From Candidatus Eiseniibacteriota bacterium (GTDB lineage: Bacteria; Eisenbacteria; RBG-16-71-46; DASYSL01), in contig DASYSL010000086.1 in assembly GCA_036003365.1 (NCBI GenBank), forward strand, positions 1,258 through 65,257: a DNA stretch of 64,000 nucleotides, read 5' to 3'. Under the pieces are notes generated by a model. That model saw nothing but the letters and a program-made list of their open reading frames with translations, did no database searches and was not told the DNA's origin. A program made the translations under genes and the position numbers. Positions 16,283 through 25,244 of this stretch are shown here, one piece after another. How positions within the stretch are numbered: position 1 is the stretch's first letter; the number at the start of each line of letters is the position of its first letter.

Positions 16283-18427
16283 TCACTGGACCGGCCGCCG
16301 GAACAGGCTGGCCGGCACGACCGGATTCCACTTCACTTCCGCCAGCGTCTGCTGGACGGCTTTCTCTCCGTTGGCATAGACCGTGACCTGATACGGGAAC
16401 TTCACCTTGCCGCTGGTGCGGTAGTCCGTGTACACGCGGCGCACCGGCACCCACCCGGATCCCAGAGGCGAGAGCTCCTGCTCCTCGATCAAGAGCAAGA
16501 GCCCGGTGGCAGAGTCGATGTACACGCTGGCCGGCCGCCCGTCGGGGCGGTTCCACTCGATCACATCTGCGGTCTTGCCGAAGGCCGTGTCGGTGCCGGC
16601 GTAGCGAATGTCGGCCCGCGCATTGGACAGCACGGTCAGGAGCCGCACCGGATTGGCGTACGTGCCCTGGCGCATGGCTTCCATCTGATCCGGCGACATC
16701 GGCACCAGGCGTCCCGATGCCGAGGCCCACGCGCTGTCACCGTCGAGCACCTGGATCATGGTCTGGCCCATCACGGCCATCTCCATGCGCCGGCGCGCCG
16801 GCAATTGCACCGTCTCGCTGTAGGCGCCGTCGAGATTGGTCGAGCCGACGTTGATCCACAGCTGACCTTGCGCGTGCCAATTCTTGATCGCGGCGAGCGC
16901 CGGCATGCCGCCGTGGGCCTTGACGGCCTTGGCCACGACAGCCGCCGCCTTGGCGCGCGACTCCTTGGTATCGGGCGCGCGCATCGCCGGCGCGGCCGGC
17001 GCCACCTCGGGCACGGCACCGCTCCTGGCCGTGAAATCGAGGCGCTCCACCTGGCCGTAGCCCGTGAGCTGCGTGGCCACGCTGTCGGCGCGGCCGGCCA
17101 CCACGAGCGCCACCGGCTCGGTGCGCAGGTACTTCTGCGCCACGCGCTTCACGTCCTCGACGGTGACGCCGCGGATGCGATCGCGATACTTGTCGAAGTA
17201 GTCGTCACCGAGCCCGTAGAACTCGATCACGAGCCAGGCGCGCGCCACGTCGCCCGGACTCTCGAACTGGAAGGGAAACGAGCCGAGATAATAGGACTTG
17301 GCCTTGGCCAGCTCGTCGGCCGTCGGCCCCTGGTCGCGGTAGCGGCGGATCTGGTCGAAGGTGGCGTCGATCGCCTGCTTCACCGTGGCGTTCTTGGTGA
17401 AGGTCTCGATCACGAACGTGCCCGGGTCGACGCCGTACGTGAAAGCGGTCGAGATGTCGTAGGTGAGCCCCATCTTGGAGCGCACCTCCGAGGTCAGCCG
17501 TGAGGCGAAGCCGCCGCCGCCCACGATGTAGTTCATGAGCTGCACGGAGTAGTAGTCGGGCGTGGTGCGCGGCAGGCCGAGATAGCCGATGCGCACCTGC
17601 GACTGCGTGAGGTCCGGCTTGTTGAGCAGGCGGACGCGGTTGCCCTGCAGGTCCGGATCGGGCACCTGGGGGCGCGGCGGCACGTCGCGCTTCTGCCAGC
17701 CGCCGAACGCCTTCTCGACCGCGGCGAAGGCTTCCTCCGGGTTGATGTCGCCGGCCACGGCGAGCACGGCGTTGTTGGGACGCCAGTAGTTGGTGTGGAA
17801 TTCCACCAGGTCCTGGCGCGTGAGTCCGCCCACCGAATGCTCGTCGCCGCTCACCGGGCGCGCGTAGGGATGCGAGCCATGGACCAGTGCTGCCAGATGC
17901 TCGTCGGCCACCGTGCCCGGATCGTCGCGGCTCTGGCGAATGGCCGCCTGCGCCTGGCTCTTCGCGCGGTCCACCTCGCCCGGCGCAAAGGCGGGACGCA
18001 GGCAGACGTCGGCCATGAGGCCCAGGACCACGTCCTTGTCCTGCGTGCGCGCTTGTCCGACCAGCATCGAGTAGTCGCGGTCGGCGCTGGCTTCGAGATC
18101 GGCGCCCAGGAAGTCGATCTTCTCGGCCAGCTCGAGCGACGTCATGGTGTCCGTGCCCTTGCGCATCACGTCGGCGGTGAGCGAGGCGAGGCCGGACTTC
18201 TCGGCCCCCTCGTTCGACGCGCCGGTGCGGATCAGCATGCGGTAGTAGACCGCGGGCAGGTCGTGGTCTTCGAACACGTGCACGACGAGCCCGTTGGGCA
18301 GCGTGCGCGTGACGGGATGGGGAACCTTGTATTCGTTGGCCGGGGCAGCGTTCTTGTCGGCGGCCCACGTAGGCAGCGGCGCGAGCAGAGCGCCAAGAAC
18401 GAGAAAGCGCATGACGAAGCGCATCAC
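16283..18427 (-). CDS. M16 family peptidase, non-catalytic subunit-like, with signal peptide and a roughly 250-aa C-terminal extension.
   Basis: M16 fold motifs are present but no HxxEH ('HVFEDHDLP'). 714 aa. Its ATGA overlaps the downstream M16 gene. Confidence 0.75.
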   Translation of the reverse strand: MMRFVMRFLVLGALLAPLPTWAADKNAAPANEYKVPHPVTRTLPNGLVVHVFEDHDLPAVYYRMLIRTGASNEGAEKSGLASLTADVMRKGTDTMTSLELAEKIDFLGADLEASADRDYSMLVGQARTQDKDVVLGLMADVCLRPAFAPGEVDRAKSQAQAAIRQSRDDPGTVADEHLAALVHGSHPYARPVSGDEHSVGGLTRQDLVEFHTNYWRPNNAVLAVAGDINPEEAFAAVEKAFGGWQKRDVPPRPQVPDPDLQGNRVRLLNKPDLTQSQVRIGYLGLPRTTPDYYSVQLMNYIVGGGGFASRLTSEVRSKMGLTYDISTAFTYGVDPGTFVIETFTKNATVKQAIDATFDQIRRYRDQGPTADELAKAKSYYLGSFPFQFESPGDVARAWLVIEFYGLGDDYFDKYRDRIRGVTVEDVKRVAQKYLRTEPVALVVAGRADSVATQLTGYGQVERLDFTARSGAVPEVAPAAPAMRAPDTKESRAKAAAVVAKAVKAHGGMPALAAIKNWHAQGQLWINVGSTNLDGAYSETVQLPARRRMEMAVMGQTMIQVLDGDSAWASASGRLVPMSPDQMEAMRQGTYANPVRLLTVLSNARADIRYAGTDTAFGKTADVIEWNRPDGRPASVYIDSATGLLLLIEEQELSPLGSGWVPVRRVYTDYRTSGKVKFPYQVTVYANGEKAVQQTLAEVKWNPVVPASLFRRPVQ

Positions 18428-19779
18428 TCGCCTCCTCCTTCCTTGGGCACGAGCCAGACCACGGTGCGCCCGCTGGGCTGCAGATATTCGCTCACCACTC
18501 GGCGCACGTCGGCCGCCGTGACCCGTCGCACTTCATCGAGCTGGCGCGCGGCCGCGTGGTCGTCCCCGGTGATGACGGCAGCCGTGCCGACCGCCGTGGC
18601 GCGGTCTTCGACGCTCTCGAGACCGAAGATGAGCTCGGACTCGGCTTGGTTCTTGGCTTTGGTCAGCTCCTCGGCCGTGGGCCCATCCTTGCCGAGCCGC
18701 TCGATCACCGAGAACATCGTGTCCTCGACCGCTTGGCGATCCTTGCCCGGCTTCACGGCGGTGAACGCGTAGAACAGACCGGGGTTCTTGCGGCCGAGCG
18801 TGAACCCGCCGGCGAAGAGCGCCGACTGGTCGTCGTACACGAGCTTTCGATAGAGGCGCGACGACTCGCCCTGCGAAAGGATCCGGTTCACCACCTCGAG
18901 CGCCGGCGTGTCGGAGGACGAGTCCGGAGGCACCTTGTAGCCCGCGATCAGGATGGGAAGCTGCACCACGGCCTGCTTGATGGAGCGGCGCTCCGCGGTT
19001 TGCTTGGGCTCCACCACGTTCACGGGTGGCGACGGCCGCCCGGGCTTCAGGGGCCCGAAGTACTTCTTCACGATCTTCATCACCTGGTCGTGCGTGACCG
19101 GCCCGCACACCACGATGGTCGCTTTGTCGGGCGCGTAATGGATGGCGTAATAGTCCTTCACGTCGGCGAGATTGATGGAGTCGAGATCGGCCGGCCAGCC
19201 GAGCGTCGGCCAGTGATAGGGATGGGTGGTGAAGGCGAGCGCCGTCATCTCCTCGATGGCCTGGCCGATGGGCTGGCTGTCGACGCGGTAGCGGCGCTCT
19301 TCCTTCACCACCTCGCGCTCGCTCTTCAGATTCTCGGGCGTGAGGCGCAGCGTCGACATGCGGTCGGACTCGAGCCGCGCGCACAGCTCGAGCTGGTCGG
19401 GCGGCACGTCCTCGTAATAGACGGTCACGTCCCAGGTCGTGAACGCGTTGTCCTGGCCACCCGCCGCCTGGATGATCCTCGAGTGCTCCTCGGGACCAAA
19501 GTTCTTCGAGCCCTTGAACATCATGTGCTCGAAGAGATGCGAGATGCCGGTGATGCCCGGCCGCTCGTTGCGCGAGCCGACGTCGTACCACACCTGAAAG
19601 CTCAGGACGGCCGCCTTGGGGTCCTCCAGCGTGAGCACGCGGAGCCCGTTCTTGAGGCGTCCCTCCTTGGGCAAAAGCAGATCGGCGGGCGCCGCCGCAA
19701 CCGTGATCGCCGACCCCAGACCCAGACTCGCTGCCACGGCGAGCGTGGCGAGGCCCCGGGTCCATCCCCTGCCGATCAT
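18424..19779 (-). CDS. M16 family zinc peptidase, active subunit, with signal peptide.
   Basis: 'HLFEHMMFKG' inverted zinc motif HxxEH. ATG at 19779 with AGGAGGAAGGA immediately upstream. Confidence 0.85.
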   Translation of the reverse strand: MIGRGWTRGLATLAVAASLGLGSAITVAAAPADLLLPKEGRLKNGLRVLTLEDPKAAVLSFQVWYDVGSRNERPGITGISHLFEHMMFKGSKNFGPEEHSRIIQAAGGQDNAFTTWDVTVYYEDVPPDQLELCARLESDRMSTLRLTPENLKSEREVVKEERRYRVDSQPIGQAIEEMTALAFTTHPYHWPTLGWPADLDSINLADVKDYYAIHYAPDKATIVVCGPVTHDQVMKIVKKYFGPLKPGRPSPPVNVVEPKQTAERRSIKQAVVQLPILIAGYKVPPDSSSDTPALEVVNRILSQGESSRLYRKLVYDDQSALFAGGFTLGRKNPGLFYAFTAVKPGKDRQAVEDTMFSVIERLGKDGPTAEELTKAKNQAESELIFGLESVEDRATAVGTAAVITGDDHAAARQLDEVRRVTAADVRRVVSEYLQPSGRTVVWLVPKEGGGE

Positions 19780-19848
19780 TCCTTCCTCCTGGCGGGGATC
19801 CCCCCCGCCTCCTCGGCCTTCCAAAATGGAGTGGGTGAAACGAGGAAA

Positions 19849-21597
19849 CTACAACAAAACGAGGCGTCTTCCGAGATGTACCCCCGGCGCTTCGAAGCGG
19901 ATGAAATAAACCCCGGCATGGGCGCGCACGCCGCCGCCGTCGGTGCCATCCCACGAGAACAGGCGCTCGGAGCCGGCGCGTAGGCTGCCCGCGAACAGCT
20001 CGCGCACCTGGCGGCCGCGCGCGTCGAACACCCCCAGGCTCGCCGGCCCGCCGGCAGCACCGGCGCGTGCCCAGAAGGCGATCGATCCCCCGCTCACCAC
20101 AGGCAGAGGCCCGACCATCACGAGCGCCGCCGCCCCGGACACGGTTTGCGCGAACACGGTGCTCGGCGTCCAGGCGAGTGCCGCCTCGGCGCGCGCGAGC
20201 CCATAGCCGAAATGCGTGTCGGCCGCTCCGAACTGACTCGCCGTCGCGCGCAGCGCCTGCAGCACCTCGAAGGGCGACCACTGCGGATGCGCTTCGAGGA
20301 GCATTGCCGCCACCCCGGCCACCGCCGGCGTCGAGAACGAAGTCCCGGTCGCCAGCGTGAGGTTCACGTCGGAGGCCGGTGAGGCCAGGGACGTGCTCAC
20401 GCCCATGGCGCACACGTCCGGCTTCACGCGGCCGTCGGCGCTCGGCCCGTACGACGAGAAGAACGCCACCCGCCCGGTCGAGTCGGTGGCGCCCACGGCG
20501 CACACCGTGTCGGCATCGGCGGGGGCGATCAGATAGCGCCATGGCGTCAGGCCCTCGTTGCCCTGCGCCGTGACCACGACGATGCCGCGCCGCGCGGCTT
20601 CGGCGGCGGCGCGCGTGACCACCGTGGTGCGTCCGTCCATGTCGCCATAGCTGTACGACGGAAACGGCGCGTCGAACGTCGTGTAGCCGAGCGACGAGGA
20701 GATGACGTCGGCGCCCAGGCTGTCGGCCCACTCGGCCGCCGCCTGCCACCAGTCCATCTCGACCGGCGTCTCGCTCGTCACCACCTCCACCTTGGCGAGC
20801 GCGAAGGTGGCGCGAAACGCCGTGCCCACGAGCACGCCGGGCTCGTACGCGCCCACCACCGAGAGCGTCTCGGTGCCGTGGTAATCCTGGCCCGCGTCGT
20901 CCTGGCCCGCCTCGTTCGCCACCACCGTGTCGCCGTGGACGAAGTCGCGGCGCGCCACGACGTGCAGCGAATCGAACACCTCGTGCGTCTCGCGGAAGCC
21001 CGTGTCGATCATGGTCACGAGGATGCCGGCGCCGGACAGCCCGCGCGCGTGCAGGCGATCGCTCTCGATCAAGGCGTTCTGCGCCGCCGAGGCGCCGTAG
21101 AACGCGGCATCCCCCGGCTCGGCGAACCTGGCGTCCGCCAACCGCGGCGCGGCCGGGGGCACGATTTCGGTCGTCGCGCGCTCGAGGTCGGAATCGACGC
21201 GCACCCGCTCCACCGGCTCGATCCGGCTCACGAACGGGAGCCCGGCGAGCTCGGCGAGGCGCTCGGGCGCGGCTCCGACGCTCGCCGCGTTGAGCCAGCG
21301 GCTCACGACTCGAACCTGGAACCCGCGCGCCATGAGCGCGCTCACGTAGCGCGGCTCGACGGGAAGATCGTTGGCGAAGGGCTCGGCCGCCCCGCGTCGC
21401 GCGCGGCGCTCGAGAGCCCGGGCCGAGACCGTGGCCCGCGCGGCGGCGCGGCACTGCGCGGCCGGCGCGTTCTCCAAGTCTCCGTGATCGGCGAAGCGCA
21501 CCCACACGACGTCGGCGCGCGCCGTGCCTGCGAGCGCGAGCAGCGCCCAGGCCAGCGCCCACGCCGGGACCCAGGCCAGCGCCCACGCGCGCTTCAA
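19849..21597 (-). CDS. S8 subtilisin-like serine protease with signal peptide and T9SS/Por-type C-terminal sorting domain. TTG start overlaps the asparaginase TGA.
   Basis: Asp/His/Ser triad motifs 'VTMIDTGF', 'HGTETLS', 'GTSFSTPAVAG'. C-terminal 'GVYFIRF...RLVLL'. The signal-peptide region contains a 24-bp tandem repeat coding AWALAW. Confidence 0.8.
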   Translation of the reverse strand: MKRAWALAWVPAWALAWALLALAGTARADVVWVRFADHGDLENAPAAQCRAAARATVSARALERRARRGAAEPFANDLPVEPRYVSALMARGFQVRVVSRWLNAASVGAAPERLAELAGLPFVSRIEPVERVRVDSDLERATTEIVPPAAPRLADARFAEPGDAAFYGASAAQNALIESDRLHARGLSGAGILVTMIDTGFRETHEVFDSLHVVARRDFVHGDTVVANEAGQDDAGQDYHGTETLSVVGAYEPGVLVGTAFRATFALAKVEVVTSETPVEMDWWQAAAEWADSLGADVISSSLGYTTFDAPFPSYSYGDMDGRTTVVTRAAAEAARRGIVVVTAQGNEGLTPWRYLIAPADADTVCAVGATDSTGRVAFFSSYGPSADGRVKPDVCAMGVSTSLASPASDVNLTLATGTSFSTPAVAGVAAMLLEAHPQWSPFEVLQALRATASQFGAADTHFGYGLARAEAALAWTPSTVFAQTVSGAAALVMVGPLPVVSGGSIAFWARAGAAGGPASLGVFDARGRQVRELFAGSLRAGSERLFSWDGTDGGGVRAHAGVYFIRFEAPGVHLGRRLVLL

Positions 21598-22640
21598 CGC
21601 GCGCGCACGGTCGCCGTGTCCGGCTCGGCCGCCTCCCGCTCGGCCCGCAAGAATCCCACGACGAGCCCGCGATGGTTCTTGATCGACGGCTGCGCCCAGC
21701 GTTCGAGCGCGGCGAGTGCCGAGTCGCTCAGGCGGCCGCTCTCGCGCATCCACGCGATCACCGACGGGCCCACGGCGCGCCGCGAGCCGTCGAGCACCTT
21801 GACCGCCACGCCTTCACCCGTCTCCGGGAATCCCAGACATTGCAGGCCCTCGGCGCCCGTCTTGGTCACCACGGCCCCGGCTCCTGCCGTCAGCACGTCG
21901 GTGCAGAAGCGCCCCTCGCCCGCCACCATACGGGGCTCGGCGATCATGGCCCGGCGCACGAGCGCGAGCGCGCGATCGCGCGCGTCCATGGCGTCGGCGC
22001 GGGCCACGGCGAAGCGCGAGAAGCCACGCGCCATGGCCGAGAGCGGCAGCGCCGGATTGGCGGCGCTGCAGCCGTCGACGCCGAGCGGCATGGCACGCGC
22101 GTCCACACCGCAAACCTCGGCGACCGCGGCCATGCAGGCGCGCTGCACCGGATGGTCGAAGGCCACGTAGTCCTCGACCGGCCAGCCCTCGCACACGGCG
22201 AGCGCCAGCATGCCGGCGTGCTTGCCCGAGCAGTTGTTGTAGATCGGCGAGGGCGCGAGCGCGCCCTGCCGCAGGCCGGCGTCGTGCTCGGGATCCTCGG
22301 GGTAGTGGAACCCGCACAAGAGATGCCGGTCCGAGAGACCGATGCGCTCGAGCATGCCGCGCACCACCGTGACGTGCTCGGCCGCGCCATTGTGCGAGGC
22401 CGACATGACCGCCAGCTCCCGCGCGCCGAACCCCAGCTTCTCGGCGTGGCCGCGCTCGACCAGTGGCAGCGCCTGGAAGGGCTTGCAGGCGGAGCGAAAG
22501 AAGGTGACGAAGTCGCCCTCCGGTCCCTCGTCCAGCCCCTGGGGACGCCACGTCACCACCACCGCCTCGTGCACCGCCTCGTCCTGCCCGGGCGCGCCGC
22601 GGCGCACGTGCACGCGATAGCGCGCGAGCCCGGCGCTCAA
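21594..22640 (-). CDS. L-asparaginase II family protein (PF06089-like). TTG start overlaps the aminotransferase TGA.
   Basis: 'FFRSACKPFQALPLV', 'NNCSGKHAGMLA' and 'KTGAEG' family motifs. The fusion ORF 21594..23897 in the track is split here. Confidence 0.7.
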   Translation of the reverse strand: MSAGLARYRVHVRRGAPGQDEAVHEAVVVTWRPQGLDEGPEGDFVTFFRSACKPFQALPLVERGHAEKLGFGARELAVMSASHNGAAEHVTVVRGMLERIGLSDRHLLCGFHYPEDPEHDAGLRQGALAPSPIYNNCSGKHAGMLALAVCEGWPVEDYVAFDHPVQRACMAAVAEVCGVDARAMPLGVDGCSAANPALPLSAMARGFSRFAVARADAMDARDRALALVRRAMIAEPRMVAGEGRFCTDVLTAGAGAVVTKTGAEGLQCLGFPETGEGVAVKVLDGSRRAVGPSVIAWMRESGRLSDSALAALERWAQPSIKNHRGLVVGFLRAEREAAEPDTATVRAR

Positions 22641-24061
22641 CCGACCCGCCGCACCGCACCGGCGGCTCGCTTCGGCCGGCGTCCGTTCTGCCGCGCTCGG
22701 CCCCGCCCGGCGCGCGATTCGACCGCGGTCACCGCATCCTCGAGCACTTCGAGGCCGACCTGTGCCTGGGCGCGGGTCAAGGTGAGCGGCGGCGAGATGC
22801 GAATGGCGGAGTTCCCCGCCCCCAGCGTCAAGAGTCCGCGCTCGAAGCAGGCTTGGATGATGGCGTCGCGCCGGTCGTGATCGCCGCGCGTCGTATCCGG
22901 CTCGACCACCTCGACCGCCAGCATGAGGCCCATGCCGTTCACCCAGCCGAGGTGCGGGTGACGCTTCACCATGGCCTCGAGCTCCTTCTTCATGAAGTCG
23001 CCGACCTGGCGCGCGTTGTCGAGCAGCTGCTCCTCGATGAGGTCGAGCGTGGCGAGAGCGGCCGCGCACGAGACCGGGTTGCCGCCGAACGTGTTGCCGT
23101 GCGAGCCCGGCGGCCACGACATGAGCTCCTTCGAGGCCACCGTGATGCCGAGCGGCATGCCCGAGGCGATGCCCTTGGCGATCGTCACCACGTCGGGCTT
23201 CACGTTCCAGTGCTCGATGGCGAACCACTTGCCGGTGCGCCCCATGCCCGACTGCACCTCGTCGGCCACGAACAGGATGCCGTACTTGTCGCACAGCGCG
23301 CGCAGGCGCTCCAGGTAGCCGGGCGGCGGCGTGACGTAACCGCCCTCGCCCTGGATGGGCTCGACGAACAGCGCCGCCACGTCCTCCGGCGGCGTGTGCT
23401 TGGCGAAGACGTAGTCCTCGATGAACGACACGCAGGCGTAGCCGCAATCGGGAAACTTGAGATTGAAGATGCAACGCTTGCAGTCGGCGAAAGGCACGTG
23501 CGTGGCTTGCGGCGTCTGCGGCGCGAAGCCGCGGCGCTGCACCGCCTTCGACGCCGTGAGCGTGAGCGAGCCCATAGTGCGGCCGTGAAACGCCCCATAA
23601 AACGCCATGAACAGCGGCCGGCGCGTCTGGTAGCGCGCCAGCTTCATGGCCGCCTCGACTGCTTCGGTGCCGGAGTTGGAGAAGAAGGCCTGCTTGGGCC
23701 CGGAGCCGGGCACGAGCTTGGTGATGCGCTCGCCGAGCCGCACCTCGAGGTCGTAGTAGAAGTCGGTTCCCGACATGTGGAGGAAGCGGCCCGCCTGGTC
23801 GCGGATCGCCTTGACCACACGCGGATGCGAGTGGCCGCTCGCCCCCACCGCGATGCCGGCCGTGAAGTCGAGGAAGCGGTTGCCGTCCACGTCCCACAGG
23901 AGGGCGCCGCGCCCGTGGCTCATGGCCAGCGGATAGGCCCGCGTGTAGGACGCCGAGATGGCGCGGCGGTCGCGCTCGACGATCGCGCGGGCGCGCGGCC
24001 CGGGCAGCTCCTTGGTGATCAGCTCGGGGCCGTGGGGACTCGGCCTCTGGGTCGTGGTCAC
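22637..24061 (-). CDS. Class III PLP-dependent aminotransferase (GabT / acetylornithine aminotransferase-like).
   Basis: 'FVADEVQSGMGRTGKWFA' and 'TIAKGIASGMPLG' (PLP-lysine region). Confidence 0.85.
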   Translation of the reverse strand: MTTTQRPSPHGPELITKELPGPRARAIVERDRRAISASYTRAYPLAMSHGRGALLWDVDGNRFLDFTAGIAVGASGHSHPRVVKAIRDQAGRFLHMSGTDFYYDLEVRLGERITKLVPGSGPKQAFFSNSGTEAVEAAMKLARYQTRRPLFMAFYGAFHGRTMGSLTLTASKAVQRRGFAPQTPQATHVPFADCKRCIFNLKFPDCGYACVSFIEDYVFAKHTPPEDVAALFVEPIQGEGGYVTPPPGYLERLRALCDKYGILFVADEVQSGMGRTGKWFAIEHWNVKPDVVTIAKGIASGMPLGITVASKELMSWPPGSHGNTFGGNPVSCAAALATLDLIEEQLLDNARQVGDFMKKELEAMVKRHPHLGWVNGMGLMLAVEVVEPDTTRGDHDRRDAIIQACFERGLLTLGAGNSAIRISPPLTLTRAQAQVGLEVLEDAVTAVESRAGRGRARQNGRRPKRAAGAVRRVG

Positions 24062-24195
24062 GCAGACCTCTGGGTCGGGGTCAAAGGGCGCCTCCGGATG
24101 AGGGGATTGCGCTCATTCTCGCCCGAAGCGTCGCCCAAAACAAGCCGAGGCCCTCCGGGAAGCGGAGGGCCTCGACGACGCGCAACGCCCAGGGG

Positions 24196-25209
24196 TCAGC
24201 GGACGACGACGAAGTGCGCTTTGTACTCGAATCCTTCGGGCGTGGTCACGCGATACATGTAGATGCCCCCGCTCACATCCTGGGCGCGCCCGTTCTTGAG
24301 ATCCCAGATGGCGGTGCCGCTCACCACCGTGTCCTTGCTCAGCTCGCGCACGAGGTCGCCTGAGACCGTGTAGATCTGCACCTTGGCCTGCGCCGGCAGA
24401 TTGCGGAACTCGAGCTTGTGCGTGCCCGGCGAGTCCCAGGCTTCGGTGCCGCGGTACGGATTGGGCACCACGATCACGTGCTCGAGATCCGACGAGGGCC
24501 CGCCCGTGACGATCACCGGCTCGGTCATCAGGTTCAGCGCCAGGTTGTTGATGTTGCAGCAGGTCTCGGGGTGCGACGGGTCCGAGCAACCCGCGAGGTC
24601 GGGCACGAACTCGTTCTCGAAGCCGCCCTGGATGAGATTCGGATCGGCCCCGTACACGATGGCGTAGTAGGCGGCAAAGCCGTCCGGCGGCGGCGGCGGC
24701 GGGACGAGCGCCCACACCGAGTCGATCTGGGCACAGCGCTTGGGATTCAAGGGATCGATGCGGCGGCAGATCGGCACGCGGTGGATGTCGCCGGCCGAGT
24801 CCGGATCCACGAACGTGGCGCGCGCCACGTTGTCCGGGAAGTGCCACAACAAGGTGTCGTGGTACACGTAGCGCCGCAAGAGCTCCATCTTGCAGGTGTC
24901 GGCGCTCACGTACACGCGATAGATGTTGTAGCCGCCGAACCCGCCCACCGACGAATCCGCGATCAGCCTCTGCTCGAGCGCCAGATCACGGTCCCAGACC
25001 AGCGTCACCTTGCGGCTCACCGTGCTGTCCTGTCCCTGCGAGCCAATCACGCCCGGAAAAGCGCGGAAATGGATGCGCGGGAACGTGTCCGGCTTGGCCA
25101 CGCTCGCGCAACCGGCGGCCGCCGGATTGGGACAGTCGGCGCGGGTTCCGCCCGCCAGTCCCGCCATCCCGCTCGCCGCGAGGCACGCGGCGAGCAGGAG
25201 GCGGATCAT
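24196..25209 (-). CDS. Cys-rich secreted protein with T9SS/Por-type C-terminal sorting domain, 337 aa.
   Basis: Signal peptide MIRLLLAACLAASGMAGLAG. About 10 Cys residues and a PPPPPP stretch. C-terminal 'VQIYTVSGDLVREL...GGIYMYRV...HFVVVR'. Confidence 0.6.
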   Translation of the reverse strand: MIRLLLAACLAASGMAGLAGGTRADCPNPAAAGCASVAKPDTFPRIHFRAFPGVIGSQGQDSTVSRKVTLVWDRDLALEQRLIADSSVGGFGGYNIYRVYVSADTCKMELLRRYVYHDTLLWHFPDNVARATFVDPDSAGDIHRVPICRRIDPLNPKRCAQIDSVWALVPPPPPPDGFAAYYAIVYGADPNLIQGGFENEFVPDLAGCSDPSHPETCCNINNLALNLMTEPVIVTGGPSSDLEHVIVVPNPYRGTEAWDSPGTHKLEFRNLPAQAKVQIYTVSGDLVRELSKDTVVSGTAIWDLKNGRAQDVSGGIYMYRVTTPEGFEYKAHFVVVR

Positions 25210-25244
25210 CCATGGATCAGCATGCGATTCGTTCGAGCGTGCGG

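Noticed and set aside
21594-23897. 767-aa track ORF, with similar fused ORFs at 36439..38040, 37617..38711, 38387..39787, 44689..46323, 45540..47159 and 46361..47683
   Set aside because: These are artifacts of the longest-ORF rule with GTG/TTG counted as starts. Each contains the true gene at its 3' end and out-of-frame read-through of the upstream gene at its 5' end. Real starts were placed at the GTGA/TTGA coupling sites.
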